From an uncultured Pseudomonadales bacterium (GTDB lineage Bacteria > Patescibacteriota > Microgenomatia > UBA1400 > MFAQ01), in NCBI GenBank assembly GCA_964439805.1, contig CAYTOI010000003.1, positions 36,844 to 100,843 of the forward strand: 64,000 nt of DNA, written 5' to 3'. A program made the translations under genes and the position numbers. The notes below the pieces were generated by a model, which worked only from the letters and a program-made list of their open reading frames with translations, was not told the DNA's origin and did not search any database. Of this stretch, positions 48,899 through 58,021 are shown in pieces (the first letter of the stretch is position 1; each line of letters opens with the position of its first letter).

Positions 48899-49246
48899 TT
48901 ATATGGGGTTCGTAGTAATACGTAACGTTTTACTGCTAGCTGTTTTTTCAAAAACTCTGGTGATCACAATGTCACCACCATTCTCAAACTTCACCGAAAC
49001 ACGCTCACAATTAAGATCCCAGGAGATCGACTCACCCGGCAAAAAAGCAATTCTTGCTTGCATGCCTTTTACAAAATACTCGCCTTTAACAGATCGATTG
49101 CGAAATTTTGTGAGTCTGGGTTGCGTCTCTCCAAGTTTAATTGATAAAACTGCAAAATTAACTTGCTTTCCAACCAATTCCTCATAAATTCTCTTGATTA
49201 CAGACTCGTGATTTGAACCACTTACAGTCATGGAAATGCCAATCAT
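48899..49246 (-). CDS. hypothetical protein (115 aa)
   Basis: ORF upstream of dnaX. Confidence 0.35.
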   Translation of the reverse strand: MIGISMTVSGSNHESVIKRIYEELVGKQVNFAVLSIKLGETQPRLTKFRNRSVKGEYFVKGMQARIAFLPGESISWDLNCERVSVKFENGGDIVITRVFEKTASSKTLRITTNPI

Positions 49247-49302
49247 TTTGCCTCCAGTAAATTAATGTGAATTTCCCAAAATTATACACCTATTGCCAAA
49301 AA

Positions 49303-49692
49303 TCAATCGTGGTGCACGCCCAAAAGGTGCAGTAACCCGTGACAAGCCAAAAACTCAATTTCTTCATCAACTAGTCTATTCCACTGCATGGCCTGCCTCT
49401 TTGCCTGTGGGTAGCAAACGACTATATCTCCCAAACTTTCTTCATCCAAGTCTTTTGGCATCTCCATACCTTCTTCTAGGGGAAAGGATAGCACATCAGT
49501 AATTTCATCTCTCTGAAAATACTTCATCTCCAGCTCTCGAATTTTGCGTTCTCCAACAACACTCAAAGAAATATTAAAAACTCCAGTGTCTCTTCCCTGC
49601 TCCAGAAGAACTTTTTCCAAGCCAGCCTTTACCTTCTTACGGTCAAAGCTATAACGACTATCCGAAGAAACGGACAAATTTAGTTTAAACAT
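49303..49692 (-). CDS. ybeY: endoribonuclease YbeY (rRNA maturation factor)
   Basis: HGLLHLLGVHHD (H3xH5xH) zinc motif. Confidence 0.85.
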   Translation of the reverse strand: MFKLNLSVSSDSRYSFDRKKVKAGLEKVLLEQGRDTGVFNISLSVVGERKIRELEMKYFQRDEITDVLSFPLEEGMEMPKDLDEESLGDIVVCYPQAKRQAMQWNRLVDEEIEFLACHGLLHLLGVHHD

Positions 49693-49695
49693 ATT

Positions 49696-50127
49696 TTATG
49701 AAAATTTCTCGTTGACCAGTTTTTGCACTACTCCCCCATCAGTCTTTCCTTTTAACTTTCCCATCACAGCTCCCATCAGTCTTCCACCTCTAAGTCCTGT
49801 CTCTTCTGCCACTTTAGCAATTTCCACAGACACTTCCTCTTCAGTCATCTGAACAGGCAAATATCCTTCAATTATCTTCAGTTCATTTTTCTCAGACTCC
49901 ACTAGCTCAGGTCTATTAGCATTGGTATATGCCTCTATAGAGTCTTTTCTCTTTTTGGCTTCTTTCGCCAAAACTCGAATAACTTCTGTGTCTGGCAATT
50001 CACCACCCTTAAAGTCTACCTGTGCATACGACAACTCAGACAAAATGAGTTTTAATACTCCAACCAAATAAGAGTTTTTCTCTTTTTGGGCTGTAGTTAA
50101 ATCTGATTTTATCTGAGTGTATAACAT
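49696..50127 (-). CDS. yqeY: GatB/YqeY-domain protein
   Basis: YqeY-like sequence; conserved rpsU-yqeY pairing. Confidence 0.7.
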   Translation of the reverse strand: MLYTQIKSDLTTAQKEKNSYLVGVLKLILSELSYAQVDFKGGELPDTEVIRVLAKEAKKRKDSIEAYTNANRPELVESEKNELKIIEGYLPVQMTEEEVSVEIAKVAEETGLRGGRLMGAVMGKLKGKTDGGVVQKLVNEKFS

Positions 50128-50128
50128 G

Positions 50129-50353
50129 CTATTTGGTGAAACCTGCGTTTCGCTTGTTTCTACGTCTTATTCTGGCTGAAGCTTTACGAAGCTCAGTCAT
50201 CTTAACGCTTTTAATTTTAGAAGGCTTAAGAAATCCAGTCATTCCTACCGTTCTTACACGGTCCAAACCCTGATCTTCATAAGTAAGTTTCTTAAACTCA
50301 CTAATGAGTTGTTGAGTACTTTGTCCTTGTTTTCTTTTTGATACTAATGCCAC
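50129..50353 (-). CDS. rpsU: 30S ribosomal protein S21
   Basis: EFKKL...F.KPS.K basic pattern resembling S21 (RFKR...FYEKPS); position upstream of yqeY. Confidence 0.6.
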   Translation of the reverse strand: MALVSKRKQGQSTQQLISEFKKLTYEDQGLDRVRTVGMTGFLKPSKIKSVKMTELRKASARIRRRNKRNAGFTK

Positions 50354-50420
50354 AAAAATGCACCTACCTTCCTATTTTTTATTTAATTAAATAATTCGTA
50401 ATTTTAACAAACCCTCCAAA

Positions 50421-50457
50421 TCTTGAGTTTTTGAGTTCTTGATTCTTTGAGTTCTTT
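50421..50457. repeat. repeat family A copy (intergenic)
   Basis: tcttgagtttttgagttcttgattctttgagttcttt. Confidence 0.7.
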
Positions 50458-50843
50458 TATGTGGTTCCCCCTGGCTCCTTGGCCGATCCTCCCAGAATGT
50501 GCACGTGTTCATGCTCAAAATGGTTGTATCCTGCTCCATTGTTGACCAGTTTGTAGCCCGTCTTGTCCAATCCAAGCTCCGTAACTACAGTAAAAACCGA
50601 CAACATCATTTTACCCCAGAACTCACTCAATGTCACCCCCACATTTGGAGCCTCAATCCAAGCTTTTTTAGCCTCGTGGGATTTGGGAATTACTAGCACA
50701 TGGACCGGTGCTACAGGATATTTGTTCTCAATGCACATAAACTCCTCATTCTCCCAAACAATGACCGCTGGCTCCTCCTTGGCCGCTATTTTGCAAAACA
50801 GACACTTTTCATCTTTCATATCAAAATAACTTAATAATGTCAC
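50457..50843 (-). CDS. HIT-family (histidine triad) nucleotide hydrolase
   Basis: HEHVHILGG HxHxHxx motif; N-terminal CLFCKI. Confidence 0.8.
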   Translation of the reverse strand: MTLLSYFDMKDEKCLFCKIAAKEEPAVIVWENEEFMCIENKYPVAPVHVLVIPKSHEAKKAWIEAPNVGVTLSEFWGKMMLSVFTVVTELGLDKTGYKLVNNGAGYNHFEHEHVHILGGSAKEPGGTT

Positions 50844-51897
50844 GGACTGTCACCACTGCCATAAGGGTTAGTAGCAGCACCATACCAATTGTGTGAACGT
50901 ACCCCTCAAACTTATTCTTAAGCCTCTTCCCAATAACCATTTCTACAAGCAAAAAGAAAAGTCTTCCACCATCCAAAGCTGGGAAAGGCATAATATTCAA
51001 AACACCTAAGTTGATAGATAGTATGGCCATAAACTGAATTACTGCCAAAAACCCTACGCTATACGCTTGCTTGCTGACGTTATAAATCCCTACTGGCCCA
51101 GCAATGTCTTTTGGTATTCCCTTTCCGGTCACAATTCCCCAAACAAAAGTTCCCAAGCCACTTACAATTTCCTTACCCCAAGCCCAAGCTTCCCCCATAC
51201 CAACCCACATTCCTCGGAAAGGCCTCTCCCAAAGTGGATACATCTTCATTTCCATATTTCCTAGAGCTACTCCCAAAGAACCTTGGCCTACTGGCGGATT
51301 CTGTCTTGGAGTTATTTTTGTTTCTCTCCCCTCCCCTTTTTCATTTTTCAAACTCAATGTAATTTCTTTTCCTTTTAAAGGTTCTAGTTGTTTTATAAAC
51401 CCTTCTACCCCTTCAAATTTAACAATCCCTTTGCCAAAAGAAACTCCCACTATTTGATCTTTTTCCTTTAACCCAGCTATCTCTGCAGGAGACCCACTGG
51501 CAACTTCTACAATAAAAACTTTATCTGTTTTTGTGGGAATTCCTAAATATGTATAGATCGCCCCAAAAGCAAAAACTCCAAGTAAAAAGTTCATAAACAC
51601 CCCAGCCAAGAGTACCAAAGCTCTTTGCAAAATGGGCTTATTAAAAAAAGCTTCAGGAGAATTTGCCTGCACCGAGTCGTCCGGGTCTTCACCATAAAGC
51701 TTTACAAACCCACCCAAAGGAATCCAGTTCAAACTGAACAAAGTTCCCCACCTGGTAAATAACCCTTTTGCTCGTGGTGGCAAACCAATACCAAACTCAT
51801 CAACACGCATTCCAAAAAATTTGGCAACCACATAATGGCCTACCTCATGAATCAATACTAAAAGTGAAAGAATAAGAACAAAAACAACAATTTGCAT
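50821..51897 (-). CDS. rseP: RIP (site-2) zinc metalloprotease RseP
   Basis: HEVGHYVVAKFFG HExxH in TM1, PDZ domain, C-terminal LDGG motif. Confidence 0.85.
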   Translation of the reverse strand: MQIVVFVLILSLLVLIHEVGHYVVAKFFGMRVDEFGIGLPPRAKGLFTRWGTLFSLNWIPLGGFVKLYGEDPDDSVQANSPEAFFNKPILQRALVLLAGVFMNFLLGVFAFGAIYTYLGIPTKTDKVFIVEVASGSPAEIAGLKEKDQIVGVSFGKGIVKFEGVEGFIKQLEPLKGKEITLSLKNEKGEGRETKITPRQNPPVGQGSLGVALGNMEMKMYPLWERPFRGMWVGMGEAWAWGKEIVSGLGTFVWGIVTGKGIPKDIAGPVGIYNVSKQAYSVGFLAVIQFMAILSINLGVLNIMPFPALDGGRLFFLLVEMVIGKRLKNKFEGYVHTIGMVLLLTLMAVVTVRDIIKLF

Positions 51898-51952
51898 TAT
51901 TCAATTCTAAACTATAAACTTCGCACCAACCACTAGGCACTTCGCACTCCAA

Positions 51953-52516
51953 TCAAAACGCCATTATCTCCGCCTCTTTTTTACTAGCCATCTCCTCTAT
52001 TTTTGCAGTGTATTCGTTGGTTACTTTATCTAGCTGCTCCAGAAGAGAAAAGATCTGATCCTCAGAAACAGTCTTAGATTCTTTAAGAGCATCAATTTTT
52101 TCTTTTACATCTTGTCTGGCTTGTCGCAAAATTATTTTTGCCGACTCCATCTTTTGCTTTAATAGTTTTACAAAATCAATTCTTCTTTCTTGAGTAAGTG
52201 AAGGAATAACAATGCGTATAATGTCTCCTGATACTGCCGGCGAAAGTCTCATTTCACTGCTACTAATAGCTTTTTCAATTGCTCCCATTAAACCTTTGTC
52301 GTAAGGCGATACCACTAATAAGTTTGGATCAGGAGCTGAAATACTTGCCAGTTCCAATAGCTTCATCCAACCACCATAAGCGGGAACCATTAAACCCTCC
52401 ACAAGATCTGGCTTGGCTCTGCCCACCCGAACCGTGGCAAAATCTTCCTCTGTGTTTTCCATTACCTTGGCAAAGTTTTGCTTAAGCAAAACAATCAAAT
52501 CTGCATCTGTATTCAT
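51953..52516 (-). CDS. frr: ribosome recycling factor
   Basis: 187 aa; conserved RRF core (RVGRAKPDLVEGLMVPAYG...). Confidence 0.9.
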   Translation of the reverse strand: MNTDADLIVLLKQNFAKVMENTEEDFATVRVGRAKPDLVEGLMVPAYGGWMKLLELASISAPDPNLLVVSPYDKGLMGAIEKAISSSEMRLSPAVSGDIIRIVIPSLTQERRIDFVKLLKQKMESAKIILRQARQDVKEKIDALKESKTVSEDQIFSLLEQLDKVTNEYTAKIEEMASKKEAEIMAF

Positions 52517-52564
52517 ATCCTCAATTTTATCACTACCAACATTTTTATATGATTTAATAAATAT

Positions 52565-52885
52565 ATGCTAACCAAAACTGACTTAGCCCAAATTAAAGAT
52601 CTGCTTAAAGACCTTCCTACCAAAAAAGAAGTTAAAAAAGAAATTGAATCATCAATTATCGATAATAATAAGCGCATGGCTAAAATTTTTGTGACCAAGC
52701 AAGACCTAGAATGCCTTGTTTCCAAAGATGAATACCACAAGGCTGTGGATCAAATACTCACAACTCTGGATGGTATCTACGGAATCGTCAAAAACTTTGA
52801 TCAAGAAAATCTTATTACTTCCCACAAGCTTAGTGATCACGATATAAGAATCTCCAAAATTGAGAAAAGCATCTTCGCCAACTAA
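52565..52885 (+). CDS. hypothetical protein (106 aa)
   Basis: ORF followed 3 nt later by repeat family C copy. Confidence 0.4.
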   Translation: MLTKTDLAQIKDLLKDLPTKKEVKKEIESSIIDNNKRMAKIFVTKQDLECLVSKDEYHKAVDQILTTLDGIYGIVKNFDQENLITSHKLSDHDIRISKIEKSIFAN

Positions 52886-52887
52886 CC

Positions 52888-52952
52888 GTCATTGCACGAA
52901 ACACAGCAGTGCTGATTCCGACTCACTGTCGGGAAACAACCGCAGCAATCTC
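52888..52952 (+). repeat. repeat family C copy 3
   Basis: gtcattgcacgaaacacagcagtgctgattccgactcactgtcgggaaacaaccgcagcaatctc; compensatory change in the hairpin relative to copy 1. Confidence 0.5.
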
Positions 52953-53007
52953 ATCACAAATAGTTCCTCTTTATAGACACAAATAGCCTCAGCAAATGTC
53001 AAGTTAT

Positions 53008-53016
53008 AGGATAAAT
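53008..53016 (+). promoter_or_regulatory. extended -10 element TGgTATAAT
   Basis: tggtataataccc, 50 nt upstream of the 53067 ORF. Confidence 0.4.
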
Positions 53017-53066
53017 GTGGTATAATACCCCAAAGTTCTTTCCAAACCTAAAAACAGGAGATTATC

Positions 53067-53894
53067 ATGAAATTCGTATCCAACTTCTTCCGCCACCTTC
53101 TAAATATTCCCAATGACATCGACTTCTTCTGGTGGCTCAAAGACAAACAGGACACTCCAGCCATGCAAACCATCGGATACCTTGTCTTTTTTGTAGGTAT
53201 TTCCCTGGCTTTTAAAGATATTCGTGCAGGTTTTGCCTTTATGATCGCTACCGGCTTACACGAAGTGGGTCATTTGTATCAGTTTCTCAAATACGGCATA
53301 GATTCTCACTTTCGAGTAATCCTTCCATTTGGGTTCGCCGCTGCACCAAAAACCAAATATGAAAACAAAAGATCCGACTTGCTACACTGGTGGAAAATTG
53401 CAAACATTTTGCAAGCTGGCCCAATTGTAAACACAATTCTCCTTGCCATAGGTGTATTTATGGTCAAGCAAGGATTATTTGTAGAATTTGCAAAATATCT
53501 GGTCTATATGAATGGTGTCCTGTGCATCTTCAACATGCTCCCTTTTGGCATGATGGATGGTGGACAGTTCTTCATAACCATCTTTTCATCAATGAAGAAA
53601 CAATTTGATATTCTGTTAGCATCCGTAGTAAGCATTGCTGTTTTAATTGCAACCATAGAAATAACCATGCCTTACTGGTCACACGGAGGTTGGGGTATTG
53701 CCTATGGATTGTGGCAGGCAAAAGGATGGTGGATATTTGCTTTTCTCTTTGCCATCGGTACAGCCCACAAACAGGGCATGGACAACGATGAATATTGGAA
53801 AAGCGCCCAAGCTATGTCTCCAATCCAAATTTTCATTCAGTTGGCAATATATGCTGTCAATATATCGGCAGCTCTCTGGCTCTTCTCAATTTAA
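53067..53894 (+). CDS. peptidase M50-like membrane metalloprotease
   Basis: LHEVGHLYQF HExxH inside a TM helix; 6 TM segments; terminator at 53897-53935. Confidence 0.55.
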   Translation: MKFVSNFFRHLLNIPNDIDFFWWLKDKQDTPAMQTIGYLVFFVGISLAFKDIRAGFAFMIATGLHEVGHLYQFLKYGIDSHFRVILPFGFAAAPKTKYENKRSDLLHWWKIANILQAGPIVNTILLAIGVFMVKQGLFVEFAKYLVYMNGVLCIFNMLPFGMMDGGQFFITIFSSMKKQFDILLASVVSIAVLIATIEITMPYWSHGGWGIAYGLWQAKGWWIFAFLFAIGTAHKQGMDNDEYWKSAQAMSPIQIFIQLAIYAVNISAALWLFSI

Positions 53895-53961
53895 TACAAA
53901 ACAGCCCCGTAAATCGGGGCTGTTTTTCGTTATTTCGAGTTTTTGATTTATTGAGTTTTTA

Positions 53962-54414
53962 TTATTTCACTCCTAGTTTAAACCTAGCAAATCTCATTAC
54001 TCGGATGTTTTCACCAGTTTTACCAATTAGCTCTTTGACTAATTGTTCCATTGTCTTACTTCCATCTCGGATATAAGCCATAGCCATAAGATCTTCTACT
54101 GTTTCTGGGTTCATAGAACAGATTTGCATAGCAATTTCTTTGCAAAGTTCAGAAAACTCTGGGTTATTGGCCACAAAGTCTGTTTCACAAGCTACTTCTA
54201 CCATGGCAGCAGCCACACCACCATTGTGGGTGTAACAAAAAACTTTGCCACTGTTTACTTCACGGTCAGATTTACTTTCCGCCTTGGCCAAACCCTTGGC
54301 TCTAATAATCTCAATAGCTTTTTGCAAGTCGCCTTTGGTTTCATCCAAAGCATTCTTAGCTGCCATTACTCCAGCACCAGTAATCTCTCTTAATTCCTTG
54401 ATTTTGTCTAACAT
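53962..54414 (-). CDS. tsf: translation elongation factor Ts (short form)
   Basis: UBA-like N-terminus LREITGAGVMAAKNALDETKGDLQKAIE; 150 aa, single dimerisation subdomain. Confidence 0.85.
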   Translation of the reverse strand: MLDKIKELREITGAGVMAAKNALDETKGDLQKAIEIIRAKGLAKAESKSDREVNSGKVFCYTHNGGVAAAMVEVACETDFVANNPEFSELCKEIAMQICSMNPETVEDLMAMAYIRDGSKTMEQLVKELIGKTGENIRVMRFARFKLGVK

Positions 54415-54415
54415 G

Positions 54416-55408
54416 TTATTTTGATTTTAAATTTTTTAATCCGGTTTCTAATGCTCTGCCTAGTTCTCCAATAACAATTTCCAAGCCTTTAGCTGAGTCA
54501 TCATTCATAGGAATAACATAATCTACTTTATCAGGGTTTGCGTTAGAGTCTACCAAACCAATTACAGTAACACCTTTACTGTGAGCTTCTTTTACAACCA
54601 ACTTTTCTTTGTGTGTGTCTATTACCACAACCACTTCTGGAGCTTCTTTGAGGGTAGAAATACCACCGACAATTCTCTCAAGTCGAGAAATTTCTTTATC
54701 AAAAAGAATTTGTTCCTTTTTGGTATATTTCTTAAGATTTCCTTCTTCTTTGTCTTTTTTAAGCTTGTTCAATCGATCTATGGTTAGTTTTACTTGTTTC
54801 CAGTTGGTAATCAGTCCACCCATCCAGCGTTGGGTAATAAAAGGTACTCCAAGTCTTCTGGCTTCATCTTCTACCATTTGTTTGGCCTGTCTCTTGGTTC
54901 CTACTATTACAATTCTCTTGCCTGTACTGGCCAAAGTGGAAAGTGTCTTGCAAGCTTCTTCTAAACCTTTTACAGTTTGTTCCAAATCAAAGATGTGAAT
55001 TCCGTTCATAGAACCCCAAAGGTAACCTTTCATTTTTGGATTCCATTTTTTAACTACGTGTCCGTAGTGAGCACCAGCTTCAAAAAGCTCTTCTACGGTT
55101 ACCTTACTTCCTGCAACTCGAGGAGTCTTGACTACTTCTGGAGCTACTTCGACAGCAACTTCTGGGGTTACTTCTGCAACTACATCAGCCACAACTTCTA
55201 CTGGCTCAACAGCCACGACAGCTTCTTTTTTAACTACTTTCTTAGGGGTTTTTGCAACAGCCTTTTCGGCGACTACAGCTTTTTTACTTACACTTTTAAC
55301 TTTTTCTGTCTTGAGTTCTTGAGTTTTTGAGTTCTCGAGTTCTTTAACAGCCTTCTTAACTACTTTTTTGGGAGCTTTTTCCTCCACTGTTTTTGCGGCT
55401 TTAGCCAT
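54416..55408 (-). CDS. rpsB: 30S ribosomal protein S2 with ~95-aa low-complexity N-terminal extension
   Basis: S2 core from VEELFEAGAHYGH onward; A/V/E/K-rich N-terminal extension containing an in-frame family-A repeat. Confidence 0.9.
   Translation of the reverse strand: MAKAAKTVEEKAPKKVVKKAVKELENSKTQELKTEKVKSVSKKAVVAEKAVAKTPKKVVKKEAVVAVEPVEVVADVVAEVTPEVAVEVAPEVVKTPRVAGSKVTVEELFEAGAHYGHVVKKWNPKMKGYLWGSMNGIHIFDLEQTVKGLEEACKTLSTLASTGKRIVIVGTKRQAKQMVEDEARRLGVPFITQRWMGGLITNWKQVKLTIDRLNKLKKDKEEGNLKKYTKKEQILFDKEISRLERIVGGISTLKEAPEVVVVIDTHKEKLVVKEAHSKGVTVIGLVDSNANPDKVDYVIPMNDDSAKGLEIVIGELGRALETGLKNLKSK
55309..55345. repeat. repeat family A copy, in frame in the rpsB N-terminal extension
   Basis: tcttgagttcttgagtttttgagttctcgagttcttt. 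Confidence 0.75.
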
Positions 55409-55583
55409 ATTTTTTATCTCTTTTTAACTCACTAGACTCTTATTAAGAGATTCGTCTAGGAGCAAATTATTAATATTTAACTTCAATATTCTACCACAAA
55501 CCAGCCTCAAGACCCAATTCAATACTTGCAACCTGTAACATAAAGACTTATAATATCCCAAAATCATAATTCGGAGGAATTAC

Positions 55584-55898
55584 ATGAACAACTTATGTCC
55601 TGAAGGAATGCAGAATTTTTTCATAATCGTCCTTGCCTTAGGCACAACCGGAATGCAACTTGGCTGGCTACTTGGCTACTTTTTGTTCAAAAAAGCACCA
55701 AGTTGGTCAAGATACAGACATGGCCATATCTACCTTTGCGCTATAGGTGGCGGAGGGATTATTACTATTCTGTCGGGAGCTCTTTTTAACACATGCTCAT
55801 CATTTGACTCAATTTCCATCATTACTGTGCTAATACTTGTTGTCGCAGTACCACTTCTCATCTCATATTTCAAAAATGACTGGAACCAAACCGAGTAA
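55584..55898 (+). CDS. hypothetical membrane protein (104 aa)
   Basis: 3 TM segments; terminator follows. Confidence 0.35.
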   Translation: MNNLCPEGMQNFFIIVLALGTTGMQLGWLLGYFLFKKAPSWSRYRHGHIYLCAIGGGGIITILSGALFNTCSSFDSISIITVLILVVAVPLLISYFKNDWNQTE

Positions 55899-55908
55899 AT
55901 CATTACCA

Positions 55909-55940
55909 AGCCTTGCAGCCAAAAGTTGCAAGGCTTTTTT
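55909..55940 (+). terminator. rho-independent terminator (copy 1 of a repeated terminator)
   Basis: agccttgcagccaaaagttgcaaggcttttttat. Confidence 0.6.
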
Positions 55941-56013
55941 ATGCCTTGACTTATAGTTTTTTAAATCTTATAATACGCCAGAAATCCATTCGCTCGTTTA
56001 AAAGGAGTTTTGC

Positions 56014-56406
56014 ATGACCATTATCAATAAAGTTGTGTTTGTAAAACAAATAATTGAAATTCTGAGGAACAACCTGTCTTGTGACTTTGGTGATTACAGC
56101 GATAGACGTGTGTCAAATATCGAGGAGATCTATGATCTCGATATGTTTTCCGCTTTGGAACCACTCAAAGAATTCAAACTTGTGAAATTCTTCATTTTTT
56201 CATTACAAGAAAGGCCTCGCTCCCGCAAGTTATTTACTGTTCATTTGATTTACCCAGCAAATTTCGCGCAATCAAAGCCATCTCAAGTAGAACTTCATTG
56301 TCATGGACTAGACCTTGAAGAAAAGTCCAAAATCATTGATCAACTGCTCACAGAAGCGGGCTTCCATGTCGTTACCTATCTTCAATCCACCGAAGAGTTG
56401 GTATAA
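56014..56406 (+). CDS. hypothetical protein (130 aa)
   Basis: RBS AAAGGAG; the same terminator type downstream. Confidence 0.35.
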   Translation: MTIINKVVFVKQIIEILRNNLSCDFGDYSDRRVSNIEEIYDLDMFSALEPLKEFKLVKFFIFSLQERPRSRKLFTVHLIYPANFAQSKPSQVELHCHGLDLEEKSKIIDQLLTEAGFHVVTYLQSTEELV

Positions 56407-56453
56407 CCCACCCAAAGGATAAGAAAAAACACTGTAGTCTTCTAAAAACCCTA

Positions 56454-56485
56454 GCCTTGCAGCAAAAAGTTGCAAGGCTTTTTTT
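56454..56485 (+). terminator. rho-independent terminator (copy 2, nearly identical to 55909-55940)
   Basis: agccttgcagcaaaaagttgcaaggcttttttt. Confidence 0.6.
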
Positions 56486-56486
56486 G

Positions 56487-57251
56487 TTAAATCTCTGCCA
56501 AGTTTTCGTACAGACCCACTACTGTCAACGGACCAACACCATTTGGCACTGGAGTAATCAAACTGGCTTTCAAACCTGCCTCTTTTGAAATATCTCCTTT
56601 GGGATAACCTAAATCTATTCCTATATATCCATCTGTCACCATATCTTCGGTAATCAATCCCTCAACTCCAGTAGTACTTATAATTACATCAAACTCTTTC
56701 AGTCTACTGAGATCATCTCCTTTATCAAAACCCTCAAAAGGTAGTCTCAAAACATTAAGTCTCTCCCCTATTCTTTTTCCAACCATTCCATTTGACCCTA
56801 CCAAAGCAATCTTCTGATCATCATCAATATTAAAACTTTCCACAACTCTCTCCACAGCTCTAACTGCAGCAGGTAAAAATTTACTCTGAGGATTCAATCC
56901 ATCCACATCTTTACTTGGTTTTATCATTCCCAAAATCTCCGCCCTACTGACATCTGATATCTGAGATCCGAGATCTAATATTGGCAACTGAATCAATATC
57001 CCGTCCACAGTGACATCTTCATTCATATCAATTAGCATATTTTTCAAGTCTTCCACATCGTGGGCAAAAATAACATGAACCAAAACTCCAAGCCTCTCCC
57101 CCATCTCGGTTTTTAGCTTTACATACTGACTCATCTCAGTTTTGCCATCACATTGAAAAATCACCAAACTTTTACCCAAAAGTTTCTCACTTTCTTCCAA
57201 AAATGTCGCAATCTTTTCTGCCTCTTTTTTTCCATTAAATACAATATTCAT
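56487..57251 (-). CDS. folD: bifunctional methylenetetrahydrofolate dehydrogenase/cyclohydrolase (short form)
   Basis: KDVDGLNP and ITPVPNGVGPLTV motifs. In-frame family-B heptamer repeat (GSQISDVS). Confidence 0.8.
   Translation of the reverse strand: MNIVFNGKKEAEKIATFLEESEKLLGKSLVIFQCDGKTEMSQYVKLKTEMGERLGVLVHVIFAHDVEDLKNMLIDMNEDVTVDGILIQLPILDLGSQISDVSRAEILGMIKPSKDVDGLNPQSKFLPAAVRAVERVVESFNIDDDQKIALVGSNGMVGKRIGERLNVLRLPFEGFDKGDDLSRLKEFDVIISTTGVEGLITEDMVTDGYIGIDLGYPKGDISKEAGLKASLITPVPNGVGPLTVVGLYENLAEI
56947..56978. repeat. repeat family B copy, in frame inside folD
   Basis: ctgacatctgatatctgagatccgagatctaa. Confidence 0.65.
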
Positions 57252-57365
57252 CTGACTATTTTAACTCACCATCCATTGCAAATCACCTATAAGCCTATAG
57301 CTAGCATTTATGGCTCTTATTTGCTATAATCACCCAAAATCGAACTTTAATTGGAGGCAAAAACG

Positions 57366-57974
57366 GTGAACGAATTTTTTGAAAGAAATCCAGGGCTAAA
57401 AACGCCAGGAATCGTGCTTGGAATCATAATTACCCTGGTGCTACTTGGCTGGGGAATCAATCGTATTTGGTATTGGAACTTTGACACCGAATCAAGGCCA
57501 GGGAAAGTAGTAAGTGTCTCCTGGCAAATGGATGTCAATGAATACTACTGGAAATCAGTTAGCCACAGTGACTGGCATGAAAGTGTCCCAGACAACGCAC
57601 ATAACGAATGGTGCTATAACAAGTCAAGAACAATATCAGTCACCCGCGAAGATGGTACCAGTGAAAATATTACATACATTGATACCTATTGTGAATACTA
57701 CCTCGACGAGTGGGTTTACCAACAAACCTATCGAAGAACTGGTACGGACAAAAACCCGGTTTATGTTGAATACCCGGAAAATACTTCAACGGTAGAATAT
57801 CGGGAAGTACCCGGTGTATTTACTGTCACTTTCAGCTCAGTGGAGTATGTACGCGGGCAATTTAGCTTCAATTACGACCGACAAACCTGGGATAAATTTC
57901 AAACCGGAATGAGAGTAACAGTCGGGGTTAACAAAAAAGGAAAAGTCCCGTTTCGCCCCGAGCTACCAAGGTAA
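57366..57974 (+). CDS. hypothetical membrane-anchored protein
   Basis: GTG start with GGAGG RBS 8 nt upstream; -10 tgctataat at 57322; N-terminal TM helix; Trp/Tyr-rich. Confidence 0.4.
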   Translation: MNEFFERNPGLKTPGIVLGIIITLVLLGWGINRIWYWNFDTESRPGKVVSVSWQMDVNEYYWKSVSHSDWHESVPDNAHNEWCYNKSRTISVTREDGTSENITYIDTYCEYYLDEWVYQQTYRRTGTDKNPVYVEYPENTSTVEYREVPGVFTVTFSSVEYVRGQFSFNYDRQTWDKFQTGMRVTVGVNKKGKVPFRPELPR

Positions 57975-58021
57975 CAACATCAAATCTCCACAATATCCGT
58001 GGAGATTTTTTTATTGAACAT

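Noticed and set aside
50387-50575. 62-aa - strand ORF containing a KNSKTQDLEG peptide
   Set aside because: Its ORF-like appearance is created by the family-A repeat, and it overlaps the HIT-family gene on the same strand out of frame.
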